DNA of 64,000 nucleotides, taken from the NCBI GenBank assembly GCA_977017575.1, contig CDRNVI010000020.1, forward strand, positions 434,001 through 498,000, read 5' to 3'. The notes beneath the pieces were generated by a model that had not been told where the DNA came from, did no database searches, and saw only the letters and a program-made list of their open reading frames with translations. Made by a program: the position numbers and the translations under genes. Below are positions 12,163-20,768 of the stretch, piece by piece (the stretch's first letter is position 1; each line of letters opens with the position of its first letter). This DNA comes from Paramoeba atlantica (Eukaryota; Protista; Discosea).

Positions 12163-12918
12163 ATGTCAGATCCGTTACTTCCACACCCCCGTGTCGGCAA
12201 AGCGCGGGCGAATCTACCAGATGAATACTATTTGGCCCAATTCTTACAAGACATACAGAACGATCATCCCTCTTGGAATACGGATACTCCCGCTTGCGAA
12301 TGGGATAAGGTTGAGTGTAATGAAAAAGGAGAAATTTATGCAATTGGATGGTCTGACCAGTTTCTCACCGGGACTCCTCTTTGGACACATTTATCAAGTA
12401 TAATGTGTACTCATTTAAATCTTAATCTTAATAGGCTAACGGGAGGAATCGATCTACATTTGTTACCGATTAATATTCTGAATTTTGAAAGCAGCTTTAA
12501 CAACTTTGATGGCACTCTAAATTTGGAGGAAATGCCGCCGTCCTTAGGTCATCTCAGTCTTGGTCACTGCAAGTTGCATGGGCCCATCTCGCTACGCATG
12601 CTGCCCCCCGATGTTCAGGTTGTAACCTTAAGTCATAATATGCTCTCGGGAAGTCTGTATTTAGGGGCACTACAGGGCATGTATTATTTGGATTTGTCCC
12701 ACAATCATTTCTCGGGCCCTGTAGATTTGCATCTCTCCCGCCTTATCTCGTTAAGGTTGGACCACAATCAGAATTTAAGTGGTGAATACGATCCGATATG
12801 GTTTCATTCCACACCCGAAGTAGAGGGAACTCAAATTAAGATACTGCCCAAGCGCGGGTCGTACCGGTGCTTTTTGCCTTTACGATACGTCTTTGATTCC
12901 AACGTATGGCATTTTTAA
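12163..12918 (+). CDS. Short LRR protein (member 4)
   Basis: RVGKARANLPDE motif, PACEWDKVEC cap, LRRs. ATG 12163 preferred over TTG 12103. Confidence 0.88.
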   Translation: MSDPLLPHPRVGKARANLPDEYYLAQFLQDIQNDHPSWNTDTPACEWDKVECNEKGEIYAIGWSDQFLTGTPLWTHLSSIMCTHLNLNLNRLTGGIDLHLLPINILNFESSFNNFDGTLNLEEMPPSLGHLSLGHCKLHGPISLRMLPPDVQVVTLSHNMLSGSLYLGALQGMYYLDLSHNHFSGPVDLHLSRLISLRLDHNQNLSGEYDPIWFHSTPEVEGTQIKILPKRGSYRCFLPLRYVFDSNVWHF

Positions 12919-13599
12919 ATACATGTTAGTGTTAGTTTTAAATAAATATTGTGGCGGAGTGGCAAGAACTTAAAGCTTGGAGCACGTGGTTCTCAGAGGG
13001 GTGACTCTGGGTGGGAGCGCCTGGAAGCGCCAAGGACCTTTATCTTGATTTTTTTTTGCTTCAGTTAGAGGATATTATTAGAAGTAACATTTTCACATAG
13101 TAGCAGAATTATAAATAATTTTTTTCTTTAATAATAATCATTATTAAATAATTATTATAGTAGTATAATCAGTAGTATAATAGATTATTACAACTGCTAA
13201 TCCAACTTTCTATACGCATCACGATTCGTATTTTCAGCCATATTATTTTCTATCTTTTCACATGTCAAGAAGCGTTGATGGCGATCAATTAATAGAGTGG
13301 TAGTTTGTGCGTAACCCTGGAAATTCTATTTATTGGTTGTGTACGAAGTGTCCATGATCCAATGAAAGATATGGTTCCAAAGCCACAAGTCTGCAGAGCG
13401 ATCTCATTCGGCGCTTATTGAACACATGAAATCAATGCACGGCAACTGGAAGGACGTTATAGCAACTGCTGCACACAAAGAATGGCGGGGATGGGGGGTG
13501 TAGAGGGCAGCAGGCGCAGCGGCGCGGGGTTCTTCTTCCCCCGGAATGGGTGAACGGGCCATGGGCGACCAAGAACGAAAGAAAATAAGACAACAAGGT

Positions 13600-13900
13600 A
13601 CTGGTACCATGTCCTGGATATCGTTCAGTGTATGCCATCAATTTCTTCTTAGGTTTGGGCAATAAGAAGGCTGTCATCCATATTCTAATCTTGCGACGCG
13701 GAAGTGGTGTCAACACCTGTGCAGCGACCAACAATGTCACATGCTGGATTAGATCCGATTTAAGCAAGCCCGTGAATTGAAAGAAAAATCCGTGTTCTAC
13801 ACTAATACCCATCCAAGCCATTACCCCCTTCCCCCCATACCACCTACGGTTTCTGCAGCTTGGTATTGGGGGATTGTCTTCTCTTGTGTCGTTCCATCCT
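13600..13900 (-). pseudogene. Possible decayed Tc1-like transposase fragment
   Basis: RWYGGKGVMAWMGIS resembles the Tc1 GGGSVMVWGCFS motif; downstream motifs are degenerate. Confidence 0.35.
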
Positions 13901-14129
13901 TGTACGTACCCCCCCTGTTTGGGGTTAGAGGGTCTGGTCTGCATAATGTAGAGGTGTTGACTAAATTAACTTAGGCAATAGAGAGGGTACTAGACATAGA
14001 GCTTTCAAATTATCAATTTAGAACACAATCACTCGTACTTACATGTGCAAAATATACAGAAAATCGGGAAAATGTGGCAAAAAATGTTTGTGTACACATA
14101 ACACGTCCAAAAAACAGTATTTTTTGGAC

Positions 14130-14276
14130 CCCGGGGGCACCAGGGAGTTTGTATGAAAAAATGGCGGCAAAGTGCTTCGCTAGGGGAACGAGATCTCTCC
14201 AATGCTGCAAAGATGATCAAAAACGGATCAAAAAAATCAAAATTCCGAGGGGGGGCAAGATCAACTGAAACCACTG
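14130..14276 (-). mobile_element. Tc1/mariner-like terminal sequence, inverted partner of 8759-8900
   Basis: Ends gatcaactgaaaccactg|TA; roughly 80% identical by eye to 8759-8900 over about 140 bp. Confidence 0.7.
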
Positions 14277-14945
14277 TATACAACCACCGCAATTAATGAC
14301 GGGTTCTGTACCACGTTTGCTCGACGTAAGTTTTAATCTAAACTCAGAATTATATTAATCCAGGTATAAAGAGGCGAGGGAGATACGAAGCAACAGATGT
14401 AGCAGATTCCCACTGAAAAAGAACTGCTATTTTGCATTCTCATTTTTTGGTTGTATTGGAGTTGAACGTTGACATTAAAAGTCAAAGCCCCATTCTCATT
14501 TTACCATTTCATCCTTATTTTTACCAACTGAGCGTTGACAGCCCAATTCTCATTTTTACTCTCAGAATAGTGACTTTTACTGTAAGTGAAGTGAAGGAAG
14601 TGAAGTGAATAAGCCTTCAATCCATAAACATTTTCTGAATTAGGATGTTATACTTAGTAACGTTGGATGAATACCCTAATTGGATGAGTATCCTAATTCG
14701 GCCTTTTTCAGCTTATTATCCTTACTCACCTTCACTATTATCCTAATTCAGCTTAATATCCTAATATCCAAAAATTATAATATCCAAAAAAACGTTTGGT
14801 CCTTTTCTGCTAATTTTTTAATATTCCTATACCTCGTAGTATTCCTTTACCCTCTTAATATTCCTACCAGGAATATTCACCCGGACAGTGTTTTAATTCA
14901 TTAAAATTTTCATAAAGCTGTGTCTTTTTCTACTTCAATCCCAGT

Positions 14946-17900
14946 ATGCAACAAACAACAAATCCTTCGAAGCGCGCACTCGTCGCCACCCGCACCAACA
15001 CCCTATCGCTCCAACACACCACCGACGACGAAAACGTCGAGATCATCATTCCCCAAGGCGACACCCAACCCATCGAGCGTTCCCTCCTCGCCGACCCCCT
15101 CTCCGGGCCCTCCACCATCTTTCACCCCACCAAAACACAACACTGGAGAGCCTCCCTCCCCGAGTCCACCACCACCCCCGGCCCCACCCCCGACACCTTC
15201 CTTGCCGAGTCCCTCCTCGCCCTCCCCTCCCCCTCCTCCCTCCGCGTGTTCTCTCTCGTCGGGGATCTCCACCACGGCAAGACCTCCCTCGGCGACCTCC
15301 TCACCCTCCACCCCTATCTCCACTTCGACCCCGCGCTGCTCTCCCCCCGTTTCCCCCTCCCCCCGACCCGGCCCGGGGCCCAGCGTCACCTGGCCCGGCA
15401 GCACGCCCGGGCGCGCGGGGAGCCCCACTGCCCCCACCGCACGCCCCGGGCGCTGGACATGCGGCTTGAGGAGACCGCTCGAGGGGTCTCCTCAGGCACG
15501 CACTGTCTCACGACGCTGCTCCACAGCGGGCACACGGGGGGCGCCTTCCCGGTCCAGTTTATGGATACCCCGGGGCATGGGGTGTGGGAGGACGCGGGGC
15601 TCGGGGGCGGGGTGGCCGCGGGGGATGGGGTGGTGCTGGTGGTGGATGTCGCGGAGGGGGTGCGGCCGCAAGGGGAGCGGTGGGTGGGGCATGCGGTGGA
15701 GCACGGGCTGCCGCTTTTGGTGGTGGTGAATAAGATGGATAGGTTGGTGCTGGAGCTGCATTTGCCGCCGGTGGATGCGTTTGCGAAGATTCGGTATGTG
15801 GTGAATACGGTGAATGAGATTTTGGGGAAGCAGCCGGGGTGGGAGGCGGAGCGGACGCCGAGGCTGGATCCGGCGGCGGGGAATGTGGTGTTTGGAAGTA
15901 CCTCCCAGCAGTGGTTGTTTACGTTGCCGAGTTTTGCGAAGAAATACTTGAATTCGTTTTCACGCACGCGTCGAAGTGGGTTTTCTGCGGGTGCTGCTCC
16001 CGAGAGTGAAGAAGAAAAAGAAGCCTATGCCAGGGAGTCTCGATTTGGGGCGCTGTCGGCGAAGAAATTTGCCGCTCAGCTCTGGGATCCGTGGTACTAC
16101 AATTCCTCGAAGCACGCGCTGGTGCATTCGGAAGAGGAGTCTGTGCTAACGGATGAAACATTACAACCTTCTTTTGTACGTTTTATACTTGAGCCGATCT
16201 ATAAAATGATGGCTACTGTGGTGGAAACCGACGCTGTGGATTTAACTGCGAAACTGGACCTGCAACCTGCTTTGACGTACGATGAACTACGCATGGAGAC
16301 ACCGGAACTGCTTCGCGCTTGTTTACAGCGATTCTTTTACGGAACGGCCACAACAATAATTGCCAATCTTGAGGATTTAAAATCCAACCGAGCACGCATA
16401 CCGTTTTTAACTTCCGCTCTGGGCGACGCCACGCGTGAGTTCTTTTCCTGTCCATCCAAACGATTGGGTCTACGTGAGTCTGACAATCCCTCTCCTGCGG
16501 TGCTACAGCTAGTGAAGTACACGCACCTCCCGCAGCACAATGCCGCCGTAGATGACAGGTTTTTCTACCCTGTGGTCCGCGTTTTGCGCGGCTCCGTACG
16601 TCTCGGGGACCAGTTGAACGTCTTCTCTGTTCAACAAGTACTGGAGCGGAACAATGAGGAGGCAGAAGGCGCTTGGTCGGGATCACAGTCTAGTGAGGCA
16701 GCTCTCACAATGCTAACTGTCGAGGCTCTCCTCATCACGACCCCCTCTGGGGTAGTGCCCCTACCCGAGGCCAAGTGCGGGGTCCTTGTTCACCTTCAAG
16801 GTCTTACGTCGGATGTACTAAGCTGTTGGCCACATCCGAATGGCATTCTATCTTCCCTCCGCTCTCCTGAAAAACTACGTCAATTCATGTTTGAGAATTT
16901 TGTTGGGTCCCGAAATGGAAACGAGCACTGCGCAAGTGACACGTCAAAACTTGATTCTCTGTTCAACCCTCTACGACACCTGCGCTCGCTGCCTGTGTTT
17001 AAAATTGGTGTTGAGGCCTTGCGTCCGGATGAGCATGCTGAACTGAAGCACGCCCTGCTGTGTGCCTCATTCATGTACCCTTGTCTTCGAATCGAGACCG
17101 AGGACACCGGGGAGATCGTCCTCACGGCACCTGGGGAACTCTACCTGGACACAGTGCTGCGCGACCTCCGCGAATGCTATGGCAAAATTGAGATCAAAGT
17201 CAACTACCCCACCGCTGCGTTTCGAGAAACAATTGAGGTGGCCTCCTCCCGACCCTATACCCACTCTCTTGGGGCTGCTCCCACAGAAAGGAACACGGAA
17301 ACGCTTCCACCCCATTCGCAATCATCACCAACCTCCTCAGCAGGGTCTCTCCCAAAACTCTCCCTCTCCGTATCCCCCCTTCCCTCCGCGTTGCTTGAGG
17401 AGCTCCGCCACAGGCCAATTCCCCGTGAACGTCTCGCGAACACTTACCACTGGGATACCCTCACCCTGGACCACATCTGGACCTGGGCGCCCGACCCCGT
17501 CCATGGCCCCAACGTGTTCATTAACCGGGCGGTCTTTGCCGTCCCAACACCCCCTACCTCCTCATCTTCTAAAGCAGCAAAAACAAAAACAACGAGTACC
17601 TTAGAAAACACCAATGCACCTGCAGAAGTCATGCAGCCCTCCTCTTTTTCATCCCCTTTTTCTACTCTCTCATCTTTCTCTTCCTCTTCTTCCTATGTCT
17701 CCCTCTCCCCCGCACTCGACGCCCACAAACCCCTTCTCACCGAGGGGTTTCTCTGGGCCTGTCGAGAGGGGCCCCTTTGCGGGTCCCCTCTCCATGGGGT
17801 GATGGTATCCCTCCACGGCTTGGAGATGAACGAGGGGAATAACACAACGAGGAGTAGAGGAGGAGCGGGGAGCTCTTCGTTATCCTCTGCCCCTTATTAC

Positions 17901-18512
17901 TCGGGACCTTCCCTTCCCCGGGGTCTACTCCTCCCCGGGACACGGGATGCGATCTGGGGAGCCCTCCTCCGTGCCTCTCCAAGGTTAATGGAACCGATTT
18001 ATCGGTTTGAGGTGATGGGGAATGGGTTAGCCGCCCTGGATTCTTCCACTTCTACTTTACCTAATAAAGGGAGTAGTAGTAGTGGGAGTAGGCATAATCC
18101 AAACACGAATACGGTTCAGGGGGGGTTACCCCAATCGACTCGTGGTAAACAAAACAACCACAACGACACCGAGACGATCCACGCCCTGGTTCGTGCCCGT
18201 CGGGGTAAGGTGCGGGCGGAGGGTCGAGTCCCCGGGACCCCGCTGTGGTGTCTCACGGCGGATGTGCCGGTGATGGAGAGTGTGGGGCTGGAGACGGAGG
18301 TGCGGCTTAAAACGGTCTCCCCTCGAGCGGGGAGTGCGTTTGGGGTCGGGACCTTCTCGCATTGGGATATGGTCCCCGGAGACCCGCTAGAGGCGGGAGG
18401 GGGGACAAAAACACGGCTCGGGGAGCCGGTTCCGGTGTATGGCCTCGAACGGGAGATTGTGCAAAAGACACGGCGAAGGAGAGGGATGAGTGAGGGGATT
18501 GGGTGGGGGTAA
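14946..18512 (+). CDS. EFTUD2: U5 snRNP 116-kDa GTPase (Snu114), intronless
   Basis: GDLHHGKT, DTPGH, NKMDRLVLELHLPP, GELYLDTVLRDLR, REGPLCG, LMEPIY, FSHWDMVPGDPL, KTRRRRG: diagnostic Snu114 motifs in order. Confidence 0.93.
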   Translation: MQQTTNPSKRALVATRTNTLSLQHTTDDENVEIIIPQGDTQPIERSLLADPLSGPSTIFHPTKTQHWRASLPESTTTPGPTPDTFLAESLLALPSPSSLRVFSLVGDLHHGKTSLGDLLTLHPYLHFDPALLSPRFPLPPTRPGAQRHLARQHARARGEPHCPHRTPRALDMRLEETARGVSSGTHCLTTLLHSGHTGGAFPVQFMDTPGHGVWEDAGLGGGVAAGDGVVLVVDVAEGVRPQGERWVGHAVEHGLPLLVVVNKMDRLVLELHLPPVDAFAKIRYVVNTVNEILGKQPGWEAERTPRLDPAAGNVVFGSTSQQWLFTLPSFAKKYLNSFSRTRRSGFSAGAAPESEEEKEAYARESRFGALSAKKFAAQLWDPWYYNSSKHALVHSEEESVLTDETLQPSFVRFILEPIYKMMATVVETDAVDLTAKLDLQPALTYDELRMETPELLRACLQRFFYGTATTIIANLEDLKSNRARIPFLTSALGDATREFFSCPSKRLGLRESDNPSPAVLQLVKYTHLPQHNAAVDDRFFYPVVRVLRGSVRLGDQLNVFSVQQVLERNNEEAEGAWSGSQSSEAALTMLTVEALLITTPSGVVPLPEAKCGVLVHLQGLTSDVLSCWPHPNGILSSLRSPEKLRQFMFENFVGSRNGNEHCASDTSKLDSLFNPLRHLRSLPVFKIGVEALRPDEHAELKHALLCASFMYPCLRIETEDTGEIVLTAPGELYLDTVLRDLRECYGKIEIKVNYPTAAFRETIEVASSRPYTHSLGAAPTERNTETLPPHSQSSPTSSAGSLPKLSLSVSPLPSALLEELRHRPIPRERLANTYHWDTLTLDHIWTWAPDPVHGPNVFINRAVFAVPTPPTSSSSKAAKTKTTSTLENTNAPAEVMQPSSFSSPFSTLSSFSSSSSYVSLSPALDAHKPLLTEGFLWACREGPLCGSPLHGVMVSLHGLEMNEGNNTTRSRGGAGSSSLSSAPYYSGPSLPRGLLLPGTRDAIWGALLRASPRLMEPIYRFEVMGNGLAALDSSTSTLPNKGSSSSGSRHNPNTNTVQGGLPQSTRGKQNNHNDTETIHALVRARRGKVRAEGRVPGTPLWCLTADVPVMESVGLETEVRLKTVSPRAGSAFGVGTFSHWDMVPGDPLEAGGGTKTRLGEPVPVYGLEREIVQKTRRRRGMSEGIGWG

Positions 18513-18998
18513 GGGGGAGAGGGGGGGTTGGGTAGTGGAGGACGAGGAAGAAGGTGTTTTGATTTTTCCAAGAAAGAGACAAGCTTGCTCGTTTTTTGCG
18601 AATAAGGATGGTGTGAGGACTGATTTTGCGGTGATTGGTTTAAAAAAAAAGTATAACGTACGCAAGAGTAAGGAAACAAATGGTGGACGAAGTGCTTCCC
18701 ATCACGAACGATACGAGCGATGCCTTAAGATGAGGCGATCCCCACGGTAATGAGGTATTACACCATTTTATATTGAAAACTTTAGGCATACGAGTTTGAT
18801 ACCTCCTTTACGCACATGTTGCCGAATTCATGCACTTGCTACATCTTGACCCTTATTTCGTAAATTTCGTTTCTTTTCTTCTCAATAAAGCATTCGGAGT
18901 TTCCTTATCCGAATTTGACATGCCTCTTTCTACTACAATCTTACTTATTCTAACGAAATCGTTCTTGCTTTTTTACTCGAAGAATCGCATTGATTCTA

Positions 18999-19874
18999 AT
19001 GCTCTCTCATTGCTCAGATACTCAACAGCTCCCCCACAATAGACTAAAGTCAAACGAAGATGTTCTGCAGCTTACGCGAGCAAATGTACCTAATCCGGGC
19101 GCAATACCCCTGACCACAACGCACTACACACGCGCCGCTAAAGTACGGGGTGTAGGGTTGCCACAAGAGCAGGAACTTGCGCGACTTTTCTCAAATATCA
19201 CGAATTCACTCCTTAATTGGAGCGCGTCCGTACCTGCGTGTAAATGGAAAGGCATAACCTGCAAGAACGGCATCGACGTCTCCGAAATTAGTTGTCGTGA
19301 CATGGCCTTGGAGGGGACCTTGGCGCTGCAATATATGCCCCGAACTGTGAGCAGGTTTTACGCATTGCGTAACAATCTTCAAGGAGTTCTACAGTTGGAT
19401 TTGTTGCCTTCGAAAATCACACATTTTGATGTTTGTAATAACTTATTTCACGGGTCTCTAGATCTCATAGGCATGCCGAATAATTTAATAGACGTATCCG
19501 CGTGCATCAATCAATTTACAGGAAGTGCCGATTTGGTGAATTTGTCGAAATGCCTAGAAGTTATAGAATTACAAGGGAATCTTCTTTCAGGCGATATAAA
19601 CTTAACGGCACTTCCTAGGAAGATGTTTATACTTGATTTATCACGCAATCTGTTTACCGGGTCTCTGAATCTAGACAAGCTGCCGCTTTCATTATTGTCA
19701 TTGCGCTTAAATAACAACATTTTTTCTGGGTGGATTCTACTCAACAATCTGCCAAAACAATTGAATACGTTGCTTTTGAACGGCAATTTGGAACTTTACG
19801 GGGAGGTCAATAGATCAACCCTTCCCGAATCACTTTTTGAATTTAAGCACGATGATAAAATTAGCATATGTTAG
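18999..19874 (+). CDS. Short LRR protein (member 5)
   Basis: RAAKVRGVGLPQE, PACKWKGITC, about 8 LRRs. ATG 18999 chosen over TTG 18990. Confidence 0.88.
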   Translation: MLSHCSDTQQLPHNRLKSNEDVLQLTRANVPNPGAIPLTTTHYTRAAKVRGVGLPQEQELARLFSNITNSLLNWSASVPACKWKGITCKNGIDVSEISCRDMALEGTLALQYMPRTVSRFYALRNNLQGVLQLDLLPSKITHFDVCNNLFHGSLDLIGMPNNLIDVSACINQFTGSADLVNLSKCLEVIELQGNLLSGDINLTALPRKMFILDLSRNLFTGSLNLDKLPLSLLSLRLNNNIFSGWILLNNLPKQLNTLLLNGNLELYGEVNRSTLPESLFEFKHDDKISIC

Positions 19875-19969
19875 CGGAGAAAATATGAACTATGCCTATT
19901 GATGGCGACCTTCTCTCCCCACTCGAAGATGATTGCGGGTTGCAAGATTTTTACTGTTTTTTTAGAATA

Positions 19970-20088
19970 CTGTAGAAACCGAAATTAAGGAAGGTTTCAT
20001 TGTGACACGGAATTTTTTCGGAAGGAAAAGATTTTTTCTTAATTAACATTTTCTAATTTTTAAATTTCCTTAATTTCCGTTTCTACGG
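19970..20088. mobile_element. TA-flanked MITE, 119 bp
   Basis: TIRs c(t/c)gtagaaac(c/g)gaaattaaggaa, 23 bp with 2 mismatches; TA on both sides. Confidence 0.75.
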
Positions 20089-20267
20089 TACAGTTATTTT
20101 TAGCAGAAGAGGGTTGCAGCCTCCTTTGTTTGTTTGCTTATGTAAAAAAAGCATGATGAAAGGGTAAAATAAATTAATTTTTGGCGATATCACAAATGAA
20201 TCAAAAGATATCACAAAGTGTAGCAAAATAATATCATTTTATGCTGAGGTAGCATTTCATATTTAGT

Positions 20268-20699
20268 ATGGACGATCAAGTCGCAAAAACGCATATAAAG
20301 CAGAAAGATGCCGAGAGCTACAGCCGTCGTCGCGGAAAAGTATCTGGTTCATTTCCCCCAGAAATTGAACTTTCTCGATTTACAGAAGGTTTAAAGAACA
20401 TTAATCCAACGTGGAACTCATCAACTCCGGGTTGCATGTGGTCTGGAATTCAGTGTAAAGATTCGACTAGACCAGACGATGTACCGCACATTCAATGGCA
20501 GCGACTTCAACTTCAAGGAACCCCCGGTTGGAAATACATACCTCAGTCGTTGCAGCATCTAAATATGTTTGCCAATTTTTTAACGGGTGAACTTCCACTT
20601 GATTTTCTTCCACATAACCTGAAGTCTATATATCTAGGTTCAAACATGCACAGTGGTCCACTATGTACACATAATCTTCCTGGTGCACTGAGCGAAGCA
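20268..20699 (+). pseudogene. LRR-family gene (member 6) truncated by the SL-fragment/CRE-like insertion
   Basis: RRRGKVSGSFPPE, cap and 2-3 LRRs. Breaks at ...LSEA where paralogs continue YLWGN; remainder not found after the element. Confidence 0.85.
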
Positions 20700-20730
20700 T
20701 AAAGATACAGCTATAAAGATACAGTTTCTG
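20700..20730 (+). other. Spliced-leader exon fragments: taaagatacag plus ctataaagatacagtttctg (not a complete SL RNA gene)
   Basis: Matches the kinetoplastid SL exon pattern GCTAT...GATACAGTTTCTGTAC (T. cruzi SL exon AACTAACGCTATTATTGATACAGTTTCTGTACTATATTG, recalled from established knowledge). Confidence 0.8.
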
Positions 20731-20768
20731 TTTTTTTTTGTTCTTTTTTCCTCCTCACCGTTGCCCAG

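Noticed and set aside
12951-13045. gtggcggagtggc resembles a tRNA A-box
   Set aside because: No GTTCRA B-box at a suitable distance and no cloverleaf could be folded.
14930-18679. Many overlapping or antisense Pro-, Gly- and Arg-rich ORFs over EFTUD2, and likewise over 4513-5358, 29029-30345, REL and DAHP synthase
   Set aside because: They are shadow frames produced by C/G-rich third positions; low-complexity translations with no motifs.
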